Below are positions 1-11,781 of a DNA stretch of 64,000 nt, piece by piece. Numbering within the stretch: the stretch's first letter is position 1; each line of letters opens with the position of its first letter. The notes under the pieces were generated by a model, which did no database searches, was not told the origin of the DNA, and worked only from the letters and a program-made list of their open reading frames with translations. Location of the stretch: contig NC_087250.1 in NCBI RefSeq assembly GCF_037042905.1, positions 20,524,001-20,588,000 on the forward strand. Direction: 5' to 3'. The stretch comes from Lytechinus pictus (lineage: Eukaryota). Both the position numbers and the translations under genes were made by a program.

Positions 1-336
1 ATAATAATAATAATAATAATAATAGTAATAATAGTAATAATAATAACGTCATGTTTTACCCAGGGTAGCCACTTCAGTTCCGAAAACTGTTTTCCCAGCG
101 GGCCGTGCTTAACATGATTATGTTATCATTACCCCGGTTTTAGCATGGCTACCTTGATCGGGTGCTCAAGCATTCAAGGAATTTCTTCCTACCGGGTACC
201 AATTCACCTCACCTGGGTCGAGTGCAGCACAATGTGGCTAAATTTCTTGTTGAAGGAAAACACGCCATGGCTGGGAATCGAACCCAAGTCCCTCAGATTG
301 AAAGACAAGAATCTTAACCACTAGACCACGCCCCTC
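1..336 (-). mobile_element. tRNA-derived SINE with (TTA)n tail
   Basis: Minus strand begins GAGGGGCGTGGTCTAGTGGTTAAG (A box)...GGTTCGATTCC (B box), then core TGTGCTGCACTCGACCCAGGTGAGGTG and a microsatellite tail. Homologous copies at about 28422, 50330 and 53612. Confidence 0.8.
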
Positions 337-377
337 GGTTAATTGATTCATATGCTGTTTTGTTTTTGTTCTTGTAG

Positions 378-3300
378 TTGCATATTCACAGATTGATTGG
401 CATGACTTTGTAGTGGTTGAGACGGTAGACTATCAACCAGACGAAGAAGGACAGTTCCCTCCTCCACTCAAACCAAGTGAGATCGGATCAAGAATTCTAG
501 CCGAGGAGAGATACGAACAATTTGGGGTAAGATAACCTTGAAATTTTAGTTATTATTCCATTTAACCTTAAGTAGGACTGGGCCCCTTCTAGCAAAGAGT
601 TATGATTGATCTGATCATCTTGAATTATGTGGAAATGCAACAATGTCATATTTTTTTCCTCCAGGAAATTTGCATGATTGCCTAAGTTGTAAACAAAGAG
701 AAGCACACTGAATTTTCAAGAAAACAATGAATGTATGATTATTTATACATCACATCCAGAAAATATTTTGAACAAACCCTCATTTCAGATATTGATGTTG
801 CTGGCTTTCCATAGTTGTGGTTGATCGGATCAATCGTAACTCTTTGTAAGACAGGGCCAGGGTTATTTCACAGCCATGGCCGCTCAAGATCTTCGCCATG
901 TCTTTTTATGTTATTTTATTTTGTATGTTAGACATGTTTCTTTATATGCCAACGTCATTATAATCTTACTATGTGATCCGTTACAGCATGGATGTTTTGT
1001 TATGCTTACTATAAATGATAAGAATCAATAAAACATGAATTACAAAAAAATTTATTATTCATATTTTTTTTTCTCTCTCTTCCGAAGGAGGAGCTTGCTG
1101 AAGATGAGGACGTTGAGATGGAGGTCGAGGACGATGACGAAGAAGGAGATGATGATGAGGAAGAAGGCGACGAAGAAGAAGAGGACGAGGAGGGTGTGAA
1201 GGACAAAGAGAAGGAAGAAGGAAAGAAGGAGGAAGGAGGAGAAAGGGTCAAAACCACAGATCTTAATACAGAGGTTCAGGACATGGAAGAAGGGGTAAGA
1301 AGCCATTTTGTTTGTATCCATTTGAAAGCTAAGCGATAGGGTCAATTTCCTCCTTAACTAGTTTTTCAGAAGTATATACAATCGGCATTAGGCCTTTTGT
1401 TTATGTTCATTAGAAAACTATGAGATGGGGTCAATTTCTTCATAAACCAATTTTTTTTCAGATAAATGCACAATTTGCAGTTCTGCATTTAGAAAATTAG
1501 GCGATGGTGTTGATTCTTCATAAACTTGTTCTTCAGATGTATATACAATTGGCATTCCAGATATTTTGCTTGTTAGGTGATAGTGTCCATTTCTTTAAAA
1601 AAATAGAATCAGATGTATATACAAATAGAGAGGTACTAGAACTGCATAAATTCCTAAATATGACTACAAATATGTTTCATCTTAATTTTAGAAAGAAAAG
1701 TTTTCATTGAAGATATTGTTAACCTTTGACCTCTCTTGACCTTTGACCTTTAGTCCGACTCTGACATGGAGGAGAGTGATGAGGAGAAGGAGGAGTCTGC
1801 TCCTGCACCCCCTGCTCCGCCCAAGGAGGTCGCCCCCATGCTGCCACCCCTTCCCCCACAGCTGGGAGAGGCAATCATCAAGAAAGATTACAATCCAAAA
1901 AGTGAGTTTTAACAATTCTTTCTCTATTCAATTCAATTTTCAATTCAATTCTTTATTCATTCAAATTCAAATAGGTTAAAAAATATATATGTACAATGCA
2001 AACAATTAGAAATACATATAATAATACAGAGTAAAACATATCATGAATATAAACAAAACATTGCCTTGATTAAATAATATCATTGAATGAAAGAGAACTT
2101 GAGAAAAAAAGCATGGAGGCCTTGTGAGAATACAAGTTCTCAAAAGAAATTATAATATATATTACACAAACATATCAAGATCGTTATAGAAATGGGAAAA
2201 AACATCAAAAAGCATATAAATAATGATAATATCAATCATAAATAATTTTTATAAGGTGCTTGATACAAATGTTACAAAGCTCTAAGAAAAGAAAAGGATA
2301 GAGGTAAGAATACACATGATATTTAGGGAAATAAACAATAAAGAATATGAAAGTGGAACCTATCATCATGATAAATATTTTTGATAGAAATACGATAGGG
2401 AAATACTTTTAAAAGTTACAACTTAAATAACAAAGGGTCAATATGTGAGTCAATTCAATTCAAATTTTTCTCTTGATGCTTTATTTCTAAAATTCTTCCA
2501 AAATGTTCACAAATAATTTGACAAAATATCAATGAATTGTAATCGACGTTGTGTGATGTCAGTGACCGTGAGTGCCATGCATTGTTTCATTGAACCTGGC
2601 TATGATTTGATATTCTTTGGTCTTGCCATTTGCTTTGAAATTCTTGGCTTCTAGCTCAATGTGATTAATGACATAAAAATGGATCTAACAATCTTGTCAA
2701 TGACGCAGTATGCTCAAAATTAAATTTGTAATCATTGTATATTCCCATTAATCTTAACCATTATTGATATTGTCATTGACTTTAACTATCATTTGACCTT
2801 GTCTTTAACCTTCACTCTCATTTGACCTTCACTCTGATATGACCTTTACTATCATTTAACCTTGTCATTGCAGTGGCGAAGCAAGCCCAACCGTTGGATA
2901 CCACCAAGTACCTCATCTCACCTATCACTGGAGAGAAGATTGCTGCAGACAAGATGCAAGAACACATGCGAATTGGTAAGCCTGAACTAAGGCCCAAGAT
3001 ACACATACGTTGAAAGTGGACTGAGGTCGGCCCCTGGATACGCCTCGACATATGCGTATCAGCTTACTATTTTGGATTGCTGAAGTGGAGTGAGTCCACC
3101 TCCACGGCTGCTTAGCCACTGAACAAGTAGCAGGGAACAATAGTTATTGCTGACAAACAATAGAAAGTGTTGACATGAAAAGACAGGCACACGTTACATT
3201 TGAGACGGTGACGTGAATAAAGGATGTCAAAGTGGTTTCAGTCTACTTTTGGCATATGTGTAACACCACACAAATTGCAGGCTAGAGGCCGGCTCTGAAG

Positions 3301-6300
3301 CTGGTGTTGGGAGGCGGCTTTGAACCCAACGCATGTGTATCTCAGGCCCAAGTCTTTCTTTCAACTATTAAATGAACTGAAAAAAACTATTTTGCTTTGT
3401 AGAGCACTGTATTATGTACCATCCCACTTTTTTCTTTTTGTTAATTCTTTCTGTCAATGTTCCACACTAACTTTTTTTCTACAATTTAAGAGTTTTACTT
3501 GCCCAACAGGAAAAATTTACTGTCTATTAAAAAGAAATCAATATACTTTTTGATTGAACTTTTTATCTTAATTACAGTTTGAATAATTATTGTTTAATTC
3601 ATTTTTGTTTTACCAAGGTATTGATGTATTTCAGGGTCATGAAGGATCTGCATGAAGTTTTAGAATTTTCATGCATCTGATAAAACCAAAAAATTATGCG
3701 TGCGGTAAATTGAATTTACCAGACGCATGAAATTATCATGCATCCGGTAAATCATTAATTTTTGTGGTTTATTCAATAAGATTTCTCCATTCTATAAACA
3801 AATGAGGGTTTCTTTTGTGGGTCAGGGGAACTGTGTGCACGCGGTAAGTTTGGCACTAAGTTCTAATCCCACTCCGCTGCGCCTCATGGGTCAAACCTTG
3901 CCATAGTTACCTTTAGCACAGTTCATACCGACCCACTCTAACCCATGCCTCATTTGTAAACTGACACACTCACTCCTGTGCATCATTTGTTTTATGTTTC
4001 ACCTATATCTAGGTTTGCTGGATCCAAGATGGGTGGAGGAGAGGAGTCGTCAGATGTCTTCGAAAGCCCAGGAGGAGGTCTACGCTGCCGGGTCATCTAT
4101 CGAAGAGAGTCTGAAAAACCTCGCAGAGAGAAGAACAGATATTTTCGGAGAGGGAGATATTGAAACGCAGATCGGAAAGAAGGTAAAACAGGGGTGTCAG
4201 AGTTCAGTTTGGTTTAGCCAATTTCAGCTATTTTTGTTATTTCAGTTTATTTTCAGCTTTTTGTGTACTTTGTACACTTTGTCTGTACAAAAGTAAAGGA
4301 GGTTTCGAAATTTCAGCAATTTTCATTTGTGGCTACTCACATCCCCAGTAAAGTGAAAACAGATTTCATGCATGCATATTGATGGGACAATGATCTGATT
4401 ATAGATTTGGGGTCACTGTCAAAGGTCAAATACTTCATATACCTGAAAACATAACACTCTCATGGCAACTTAAGAATTGCTTTAGGGTTCAGCTTCTGTT
4501 GTTTGTGACTTGGTGTTTGTATTAAAGTGATAAGGCTCCTATATGGTTTTTTCTAAATCATTTATACTTGGTAGTTGAGTAGATAAGTGGTTCTTTGAGA
4601 AGTGTGGTCTCATTTGGGCAAGGATTTACCTCATCAATGGTAATAGGAAACAACCCAATGTATTTTCATGAAAGGGCTTGTTGGACATTTCATCCGACAA
4701 GTCCTGTTTTATCCGACAGTCACCTAGTAACAGTACTTCTCAGCCAATCAGCATCAAAGACATTTTTCAGACATGACAACTTGTTGAACAAAAAATGTTT
4801 ATGAAATTCTCCCCAGGTTGTGAGTGAGGTTTTCTAGAAAGAAAAAAAAACCTTCGATATTTCTATCATTTTCATAAGTAGAGTTTGAGGCCCTTATAAA
4901 AATGTTTTTTTCTCTAGAATTAATATGATCTTATTATGGTGATGTTCTTAATTCCTGTTTATAGATTGGTGAAGAAGAAGAGGAAGATAAGAATAAACAG
5001 AAGGTCATCTGGGATGGACACAGCGCCAGGTGAGAAAAAGAGTAATCATAATATTAATGGTAATATGCAACATTTATGTAATGCTTAAAGGTTAAAAAAA
5101 AAAGTTGCAGCAAACAATCATTTCATGAGAAATTTTTAAAAATCAAGGTTAATTGGCATCATATTGTTATAGATCTAGATCTGGAACATTGAAATAAACT
5201 TATGTTGGTGAAGTCATGAAATCTTGGCTGAAAACAGGTAATTCCGATAATCTCTAACACAAAAAGGCATATGTGGGACAGTGTATGAATATTTCTGGGA
5301 GAACTACCCGACATTTTATAGCATTCTATGATAATTTTGCTAATTTCTCAGCAATTACACAGATTTTCCCAGAGCCATTTGGCACATACTTTTCATCCAT
5401 AAATACAAACACTTGGGTAAGGTGGCCATTTTATTGGATCCTGTTCGAACTCATTTTGACATTGTTACCACAACTGGCATTTATATGAAAGGGATGGTCC
5501 GGGCTGAAAATATTCACATCTTAATACATAGAGTAGAATTCACTGAGCAAAATGCAGAAAATTTCATCAAAATCGGATAACAAATAATAAAGTTATTGAA
5601 GTTTTAAGTTTAGCAATATTTTGTGAAAACAGTCGTCATGATTATTCATTAGGTGGGCTGATGATGTCACATCCCCACTTTCCGTTTTCTTATGTTAATA
5701 CATAAAATCATACTTTTTTCATTATTTCATACTTGTGTGAATAATATGTCTCCCTTATAATGAAATAAGTTGCAGCAATAAATATCTAATGCACTAAATC
5801 AGTTGTCAATCAAATTTTTCTAGTTCTTGGAGGAAAAAATTTGAATAAACCTAATTTCATATAATAAAATACAAAAGAACAAGTGGGGATGTGACATCAT
5901 CAGCCCACCTAATGAATATTCATGACGACTGTTTTCACAAAATTTTGCTAAACTTTAAAATTCAATAACTTTGTTAGTTGTTTTCCGATTTTGATGAAAT
6001 TTTTGGCATTTTGCTCAGTGAATTCTACTCTATTTATTTAGCTATAAATACTTTCAGCCCGGACCATTCCTTTAAGTACATTTTTTTCTAAATGTGTACT
6101 GTTACCCTGGCTTTGGCATCACTACCCTAATTGGACGCTTACGTATTCAAGGAATTTATTCCCACCGGGTACTCATTTCCTACACCTGGGTTGAGAGTGG
6201 CAGATGTAGATATGCCTTGCCAAAAAAGTCAAGTCATATAAGATATATATATGGGGTTCGTTTCATAAAGGACTTGCAATTGTTTTAACTTTGCCATTAT

Positions 6301-9129
6301 GGCAACTACCATGGTAACAGGACTCAGCAGCCAATCAGAATCAAGGTTTCCATGGTAGTTACCGTAATGGCAAAGTCACAACAGCTGCAAGTCCTTTTCT
6401 GAAACGGGCCCCTGATGTAACATTTTTTTAAAGGCATATCTACATTTGTCACTCTCCACCCAGGTGTAGTTTTTCAGCACATTAATTATTTCTGTGAAAG
6501 AGTTACTATCATCTTTTATTGGATTTGATTTGAATTTATGTTTTCCACTCTTGTTTCTTTTACATCATAAAACATACGCGATAGACAAAGAACAGTTGAA
6601 TTACACATGAAGTTGGAAAAGTGAACATGTCTAGAAAAATAAACTATTCAAAGCCTAAGTATTATAAGTCTGAACGCTTTCTGAAAAAAAATTAGAGAGG
6701 TCTTTGCAAAAAAAACCAACAATCATCAGAAGTCTGGGTATTCTTGATGAGTCTTATTTTGTTTGTCTTTGTTTTGCATTGTTAAAATTTTTATTGTGAT
6801 ATTTTACTTACAGCATGGAATCTACTACCAGGAAGGCTCAAGCAGGAATCACACTGGAAGATCAGATTAATGCTTTCCATAAATCAAAAGGACTTCTGTA
6901 AGTTACTTATCTTCCTCATTCATTCATTCATTCACATCCATTCATTCTTTCATTCATTCTTTCTTTCATTCATTCATTGTTCACTCATTCATTTGTTCAC
7001 TCATTCATTCATTTGTTCACTCATTCATTCATTCAGTCATTCATTCATTCATTCATTCATTCATTCACTCATTCATTCATTTGTTCACTCATTCATTCTC
7101 TCATTCATTCATTTGTTCACTCATTCATTCACTCATTCATTCATTCATTCATTCATTCATTCATTCACTCATTCATTCATTTGTTCACTCATTCATTCTC
7201 TCATTCATTCATTTGTTCACTCATTCATTCACTCATTCATTCATTCATTCATTCATTCATTCATTCACTCATTCATTCATTTGTTCACTCATTCATTCAC
7301 TCATTCATTCATTTGTTCACTCATTCATTCACTCATTCATTCATTTGTTCACTCATTCATTCACTCATTCATTCATTTGTTCACTCATTCATTTGTTCAC
7401 TCATTCATTTGTTCACTCATTCATTCACTCATTCATTCATTTGTTCACTCATTCATTCACTCATTCATTCATTTGTTCACTCATTCATTCATTTGTTCAC
7501 TCATTCATTCACTCATTCATTCATTTGTTCACTCATTCATTCACTCATTCATTTGTTCACTCATTCATTCACTCATTCATTCATTTGTTCACTCATTCAT
7601 TCACTCATTCATTCATTCATCTAGCCATCCACCCATCCATCAATCCATCCACCCATTCATTAAAGGAGAATGAAACTCTTGGAGCAAGTTAGCTTTTGTG
7701 AAAGCAGAAAAATCAAAGAATAAGATCAACAAAAGTTTGAGTAAAATAGGACTAGCAATAGAAGAGTTATGAGCATTTGAATGTTGAGATCACTAATTCT
7801 ATGGAGATCCCCCATTGGCAATGCGACCAAGATCTATGATGTCACAGATGAACAACTCTCCCCTTTTGGACACTGAAAATATACCCCAAAACATCTCTTT
7901 TTGCTCATTCTAATCATATGACAAACGATTCATCAATGATTATAATGTTGTGAAACCTCTGTACATGTCATCTCATAAAGAGAACACCTCACCTTGTGAT
8001 AGACTCTATAAAAGTGAGAATATAAGTGAAATAAGAACTAAAGTAATGAGGGAGTTGTACGTGTGTGACATCACAGATCTTGGTCGCATTGCCAATGGGA
8101 GGAACTACATGGCATTAGTGATCTCAATATTCAAATGCTCATAACTTTCTTATTATTCATTCAATCTTCCTCAAACTTTCAACAATATGTTTCTTTGATA
8201 TGGATTCAGCTGGTTTCAAGGGTTTCATTCTCCTTTAACTCATCCATCCATCCTTCCATTCATCCTTTTTTCTATCCATCAATCCATCCACCCATTCATT
8301 AACTCATCCATCCATCCTTCCATTCATCCTTTTTTTCTATCCATCAATCCATCCATCCATCGATCCTTCCATCCATCTATTCATCTCACCATTCATCCAT
8401 CCCTCCCTCCATCAATGCATCTTCAATCCATCCCTCCATCCTTCACAATTAACTGTTATTAAACAACTCAGAGAGATGTTCATAGAGTGGAAACTGAGTC
8501 AGCAGAAGCATTTCACTCTTTCTAAGACATATTTGTATGCAATCCAAGTAATTTGTATATTGAATGCCAGTCCAATAACAAGAATAAAAAATAAAAATAA
8601 AAAATCTGTAATCATAACAGTGAATATATATCACAGTGGATCTGATCTGACGTAAAATAAAAATTCCTGGACCATTCTTGCAGCTTGCATTAGGGTATTA
8701 GATATGATACCATGTCTTTGTCATCAATTTTGGATATGTTTTTTTTTTTTTTTTACAGACCCGACAAAGAAAAGGAGCGAATCGGTCCCCAGAAAACCAA
8801 AGCAGCACCTCATCCCCCAAAACCACCCCCGCAGCCCCCGAAGCCCAGCAACGCCGCACCGGTGGTCCCCGCGCAGCCCCGCCAGGGCCCCCCTCCACAG
8901 CCACCTCCGATGCCCCCTCGCATGCCTCTGGTGCAGCAGGTCCCGATGGTGAGGGCGCCAGCTGCACCCTTGATGCAGATACCGTCAAGACCGATCATGA
9001 ACCCCTTCCCGGGTCCGCCAAGGATGCCCATGCAGCCCCAGCCTAGAATGCAGGGTAGGTAGAGAAGGGCAATGGCTCTGATGAAGAGGAGGAGGATGAT
9101 GATGATGGTGATGATGATATTGATGATAT

Positions 9130-9180
<51 letters not shown>

Positions 9181-11781
9181 CGATGATGATGATGATGATA
9201 ATGATAAAGATTTTGATGAAGATGATGATAGTGGTGGTGATGATGATGATGACAGTGATGATGATGATGATATTGATGATGATATGATAATGGTGATAAT
9301 GGCAATGATGATGATGGTGGTGATGATGACAACGACAATGAGGGTGATGAAGTCATGAAGATGACACTGATGATGATGATGATGACGGGGATTGATGATG
9401 GTAACAGTTTGATAGTAATACGATTTTTCAGTCTTTAAAAACTCATTGTTGATGATAATGATAATAATATTCCATTTTTATACAGCACTTCCTTTATCAA
9501 AACGTCTCTTAGCACTTTACGCATATAATGATAATAACCTCTTCTCCCTTTTCTTTCTGTAGGTGGTCCTATGGGCAACCGACTTCCTATGCCTCCCCCT
9601 GGCCCCCCTCAGATGATGAGAGGTGTTCTACCAGAACCTCCCCGGGGAGGACCACCCAGACAGGACATGGGTATGGATGAACCACCGGCAAAGAGGCAGA
9701 AGACAGAGGACGATCTCATCCCAGAGGAACAGTTTCTTGCTACGCATAAGGTACATATAGTGGTTACAGCTTGCTATTCTGTAGGTTTCTTCATCCGACA
9801 TAGAAAGATATGTGCTCGTTGTTCTGAAGGCCTGATAGTCCAAAATTGGATTAAGTAAGGTTCTTCATAACTCTGCAAGTTTGTGAAGCTTCTGATAGAT
9901 GAACTGTATTTGATATACTCCACTGTCAGTCAATCCCTCTCCAAGAATATGCCCCTTACAGATCCGGGCCCTGTTTTACAAAGAGTTACGATTAATCCGA
10001 TCAACTACAACTATGGAAAGCCAGCAACATCAACATCTGAAATGCATGTTTGTTCAAAATATTTTCTAGATGTGATGTATAATCATACATTCATTGTTTT
10101 CTAGACAAATCAGTGTGGTTCTCTTTGTTTACAAAAAAGACATCGTGTAAATTTTCTGGAGAAAAAGTTAGGACATTGTCGGATTTCCATATAGTTTAAG
10201 ATGATCGGATCAATCGTAACTCTTTGTAAGACGGAACCCTGATCAACCTCGACCATATGGATATCCTTCATTGTCGTAATTTTTCCTGCAGGAAATTTGC
10301 ACAATGTCGGTTCTAAACGAAGAGGAAGAAGCACACTGAATTGTCAAGAAAACAATAACTGTATAAGAATACATCATAATCTGAAAATATTTTGAACTGA
10401 CTTGCAATTTAGATGTTGGCGCTACTGGCTTTCCATAGTTGTGGTTGATCGGATCAATCGCAACTTTTTGTGAGAGGGCCCTGGTTTCATTATTTGCTCA
10501 TTCTTTGTCCATCGCAGGGTACTGTTATGTTCAACGTGGTCTGTCCACTGGTCCAAGATAAGCCAGAATGGAAGCTGCACGTTCAGCGGATCACCCTTAT
10601 TATGCCCCTTACTATGTTTCAATATTCTCTCATTGTTTCACTGTCCATCGCAGGGTACTGTTATGTTCAACGTGGTCTGTCCACTGGTCCAAGATAAGCC
10701 AGAATGGAAGCTGCACGGTCAGCGGATCACCCTCAACATGCCTCTTACTGACCAGGTGTCGGTCATCAAGGCCAAGCTCTTTGAACAACTTGGTATTCCT
10801 GCCGGTAAACAGAAGCTACAGCATGAGGTAAGTCAGGATAATTTCTTCTTTTTGTTTGACCAGCATTGTGTGCACCTCACTGGTGACTGGCTTGAATACT
10901 CCCCAGGGAGTGGAGGATGTGTATATATGTGTTGTGTGTGGGAACGACTGATTGTAGATAAGTTCAATGTATTCTTAAAAGTGTTACAAACAACCAGGTT
11001 ATTATTATTATTATTCTTAGTACAGTGGAACATTTATAGCAACCATCTGAATTTAATACAGTACACCCAAATTCGTAAAGGCGAATTTGAATTCAGCACC
11101 TACAATGAAAAAATGTGGAATAATGTATCCGGGTGCGAACTGTTTAAGTGAATTAATGAACTAACGATGGAGTTATACCTTGGTCACATTTGCTCTACGT
11201 CGGCCGTACGGCGAGTCGAAAACAGCCGTTTTATTAATTTTAATTCAAACCACCTATATGTAGTTGGTACACAAACTGTTAAAACGGCTGTTTTTGACTC
11301 GCCGTACGGCTGCCGTCAAATGTGACCAAGGTATTACTGATTCGAAATTGTGGACTCACTGACGCTGTTGCCTTGGTAAAAATAAATCAAGTATAGCACG
11401 CTGTGATGAAAGCGTGCAGTCGTTATTGGATGCATTTTCAAAGTATGCGCTGAATCAATTGTAATGAATGAATGAAATGTCTTTAACCTATGGTTTCACG
11501 CCACTAATTCAAAACCATTTTTGTGAAATTTCCCTTTTTTGAGATATGTCATGACACTTTGGTCAGGGGAGAAAATTTCAGGGGCCCGCTGTTCCGCCCA
11601 CCCCAAAAAAGTAATAGTCGTGCCCCGCGTCTGCATACCCATTAATTTATTTATTTTTATTTTATTTCTTTGTCAACAGGGCCTATTCATCAAGGATTCA
11701 AACTCACTGGGATTCTACAATTTCATGCATGGCACAGTGGTTCAACTTCAGCTCAAAGAGCGTGGAGGAAGGAGACGTTGA
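378..11781 (+). CDS. SF3A1: Splicing factor 3A subunit 1 (SAP114/Prp21), 5' part outside window; 11 exons
   Basis: Exons 378-526, 1088-1294, 1754-1901, 2874-2975, 4013-4182, 4965-5029, 6814-6897, 8759-9054, 9563-9750, 10654-10827, 11680-11781. All are GT-AG with consistent phases (1685 nt = 2 + 561 codons). Translation gives [58 protein letters not shown], a Pro-rich segment and a C-terminal ubiquitin-like domain ending [11 protein letters not shown]. Confidence 0.96.
581..857. mobile_element. Harbinger-like MITE, family A
   Basis: TIR about GGCCC.GTCTTACAAAGAGTTACGATTGATCC; further copies at 9966-10239, 10241-10481 (partial) and 21397-21625. Confidence 0.75.
2991..3348. mobile_element. PIF/Harbinger-like MITE
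   Basis: GGCCCAAGATACACATACGTTG / CAACGCATGTGTATCTCAGGCC; TAA/CAA flanks. Confidence 0.65.
4189..4348. mobile_element. Diverged member of the CAGGGGTGT MITE family
   Basis: CAGGGGTGTCAGAGTTCAG start, shared TTTCAGCT and CTGTACAAAA interior, CTCACATCCCCAG end. Confidence 0.6.
5490..6071. mobile_element. TTAA-type (Kolobok/piggyBac-like) fold-back MITE
   Basis: Inverted arms of about 190 bp (5490-5680 and 5881-6071); TGAA/TTAA flanks; partial related copy from about 60072. Confidence 0.8.
6916..7620 (+). repeat. Compound (TTCA)n microsatellite with recurring TTTGTTCACTCA variants
   Basis: Directly visible; continues as a (TCCA)n-rich tract at 7625-7659 and 8239-8445. Confidence 0.95.
7664..8234. 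mobile_element. TTAA-TSD MITE (Kolobok-like AGG termini)
   Basis: TIR AGGAGAATGAAAC / GTTTCATTCTCCT; TTAA at 7660-7663 and 8235-8238. Confidence 0.85.
9078..9400 (+). repeat. (GAT)n microsatellite, SF3A1 intron
   Basis: Directly visible. Confidence 0.95.
9966..10481. mobile_element. One complete plus one partial copy of MITE family A
   Basis: TIRs at 9966 and 10239; a second right-end TIR at about 10447-10481. Confidence 0.75.
10506..10749 (+). repeat. Tandem duplication of SF3A1 acceptor plus exon start (period 136)
   Basis: 10506-10581 is identical to 10642-10717. Confidence 0.9.
11176..11333. mobile_element. Palindromic Tourist/PIF-like MITE
   Basis: TACCTTGGTCACATTTG / CAAATGTGACCAAGGTA with about 55-bp arms; TTA at 11173-11175 and 11334-11336. 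Confidence 0.85.

Noticed and set aside
1925..2470. AT-rich segment bounded by (CAATT)n as a retroelement tail
   Set aside because: Plausible, but I could not find a coding remnant or clean TSD to support a call.
6870..7692. Three long overlapping ORFs (HSFI repeats)
   Set aside because: Stop-free by-product of the (TTCA)n microsatellite inside an SF3A1 intron.
8985..9356. Poly-His and poly-Met ORFs (also 51897-52259)
   Set aside because: Translations of (GAT)n microsatellites.
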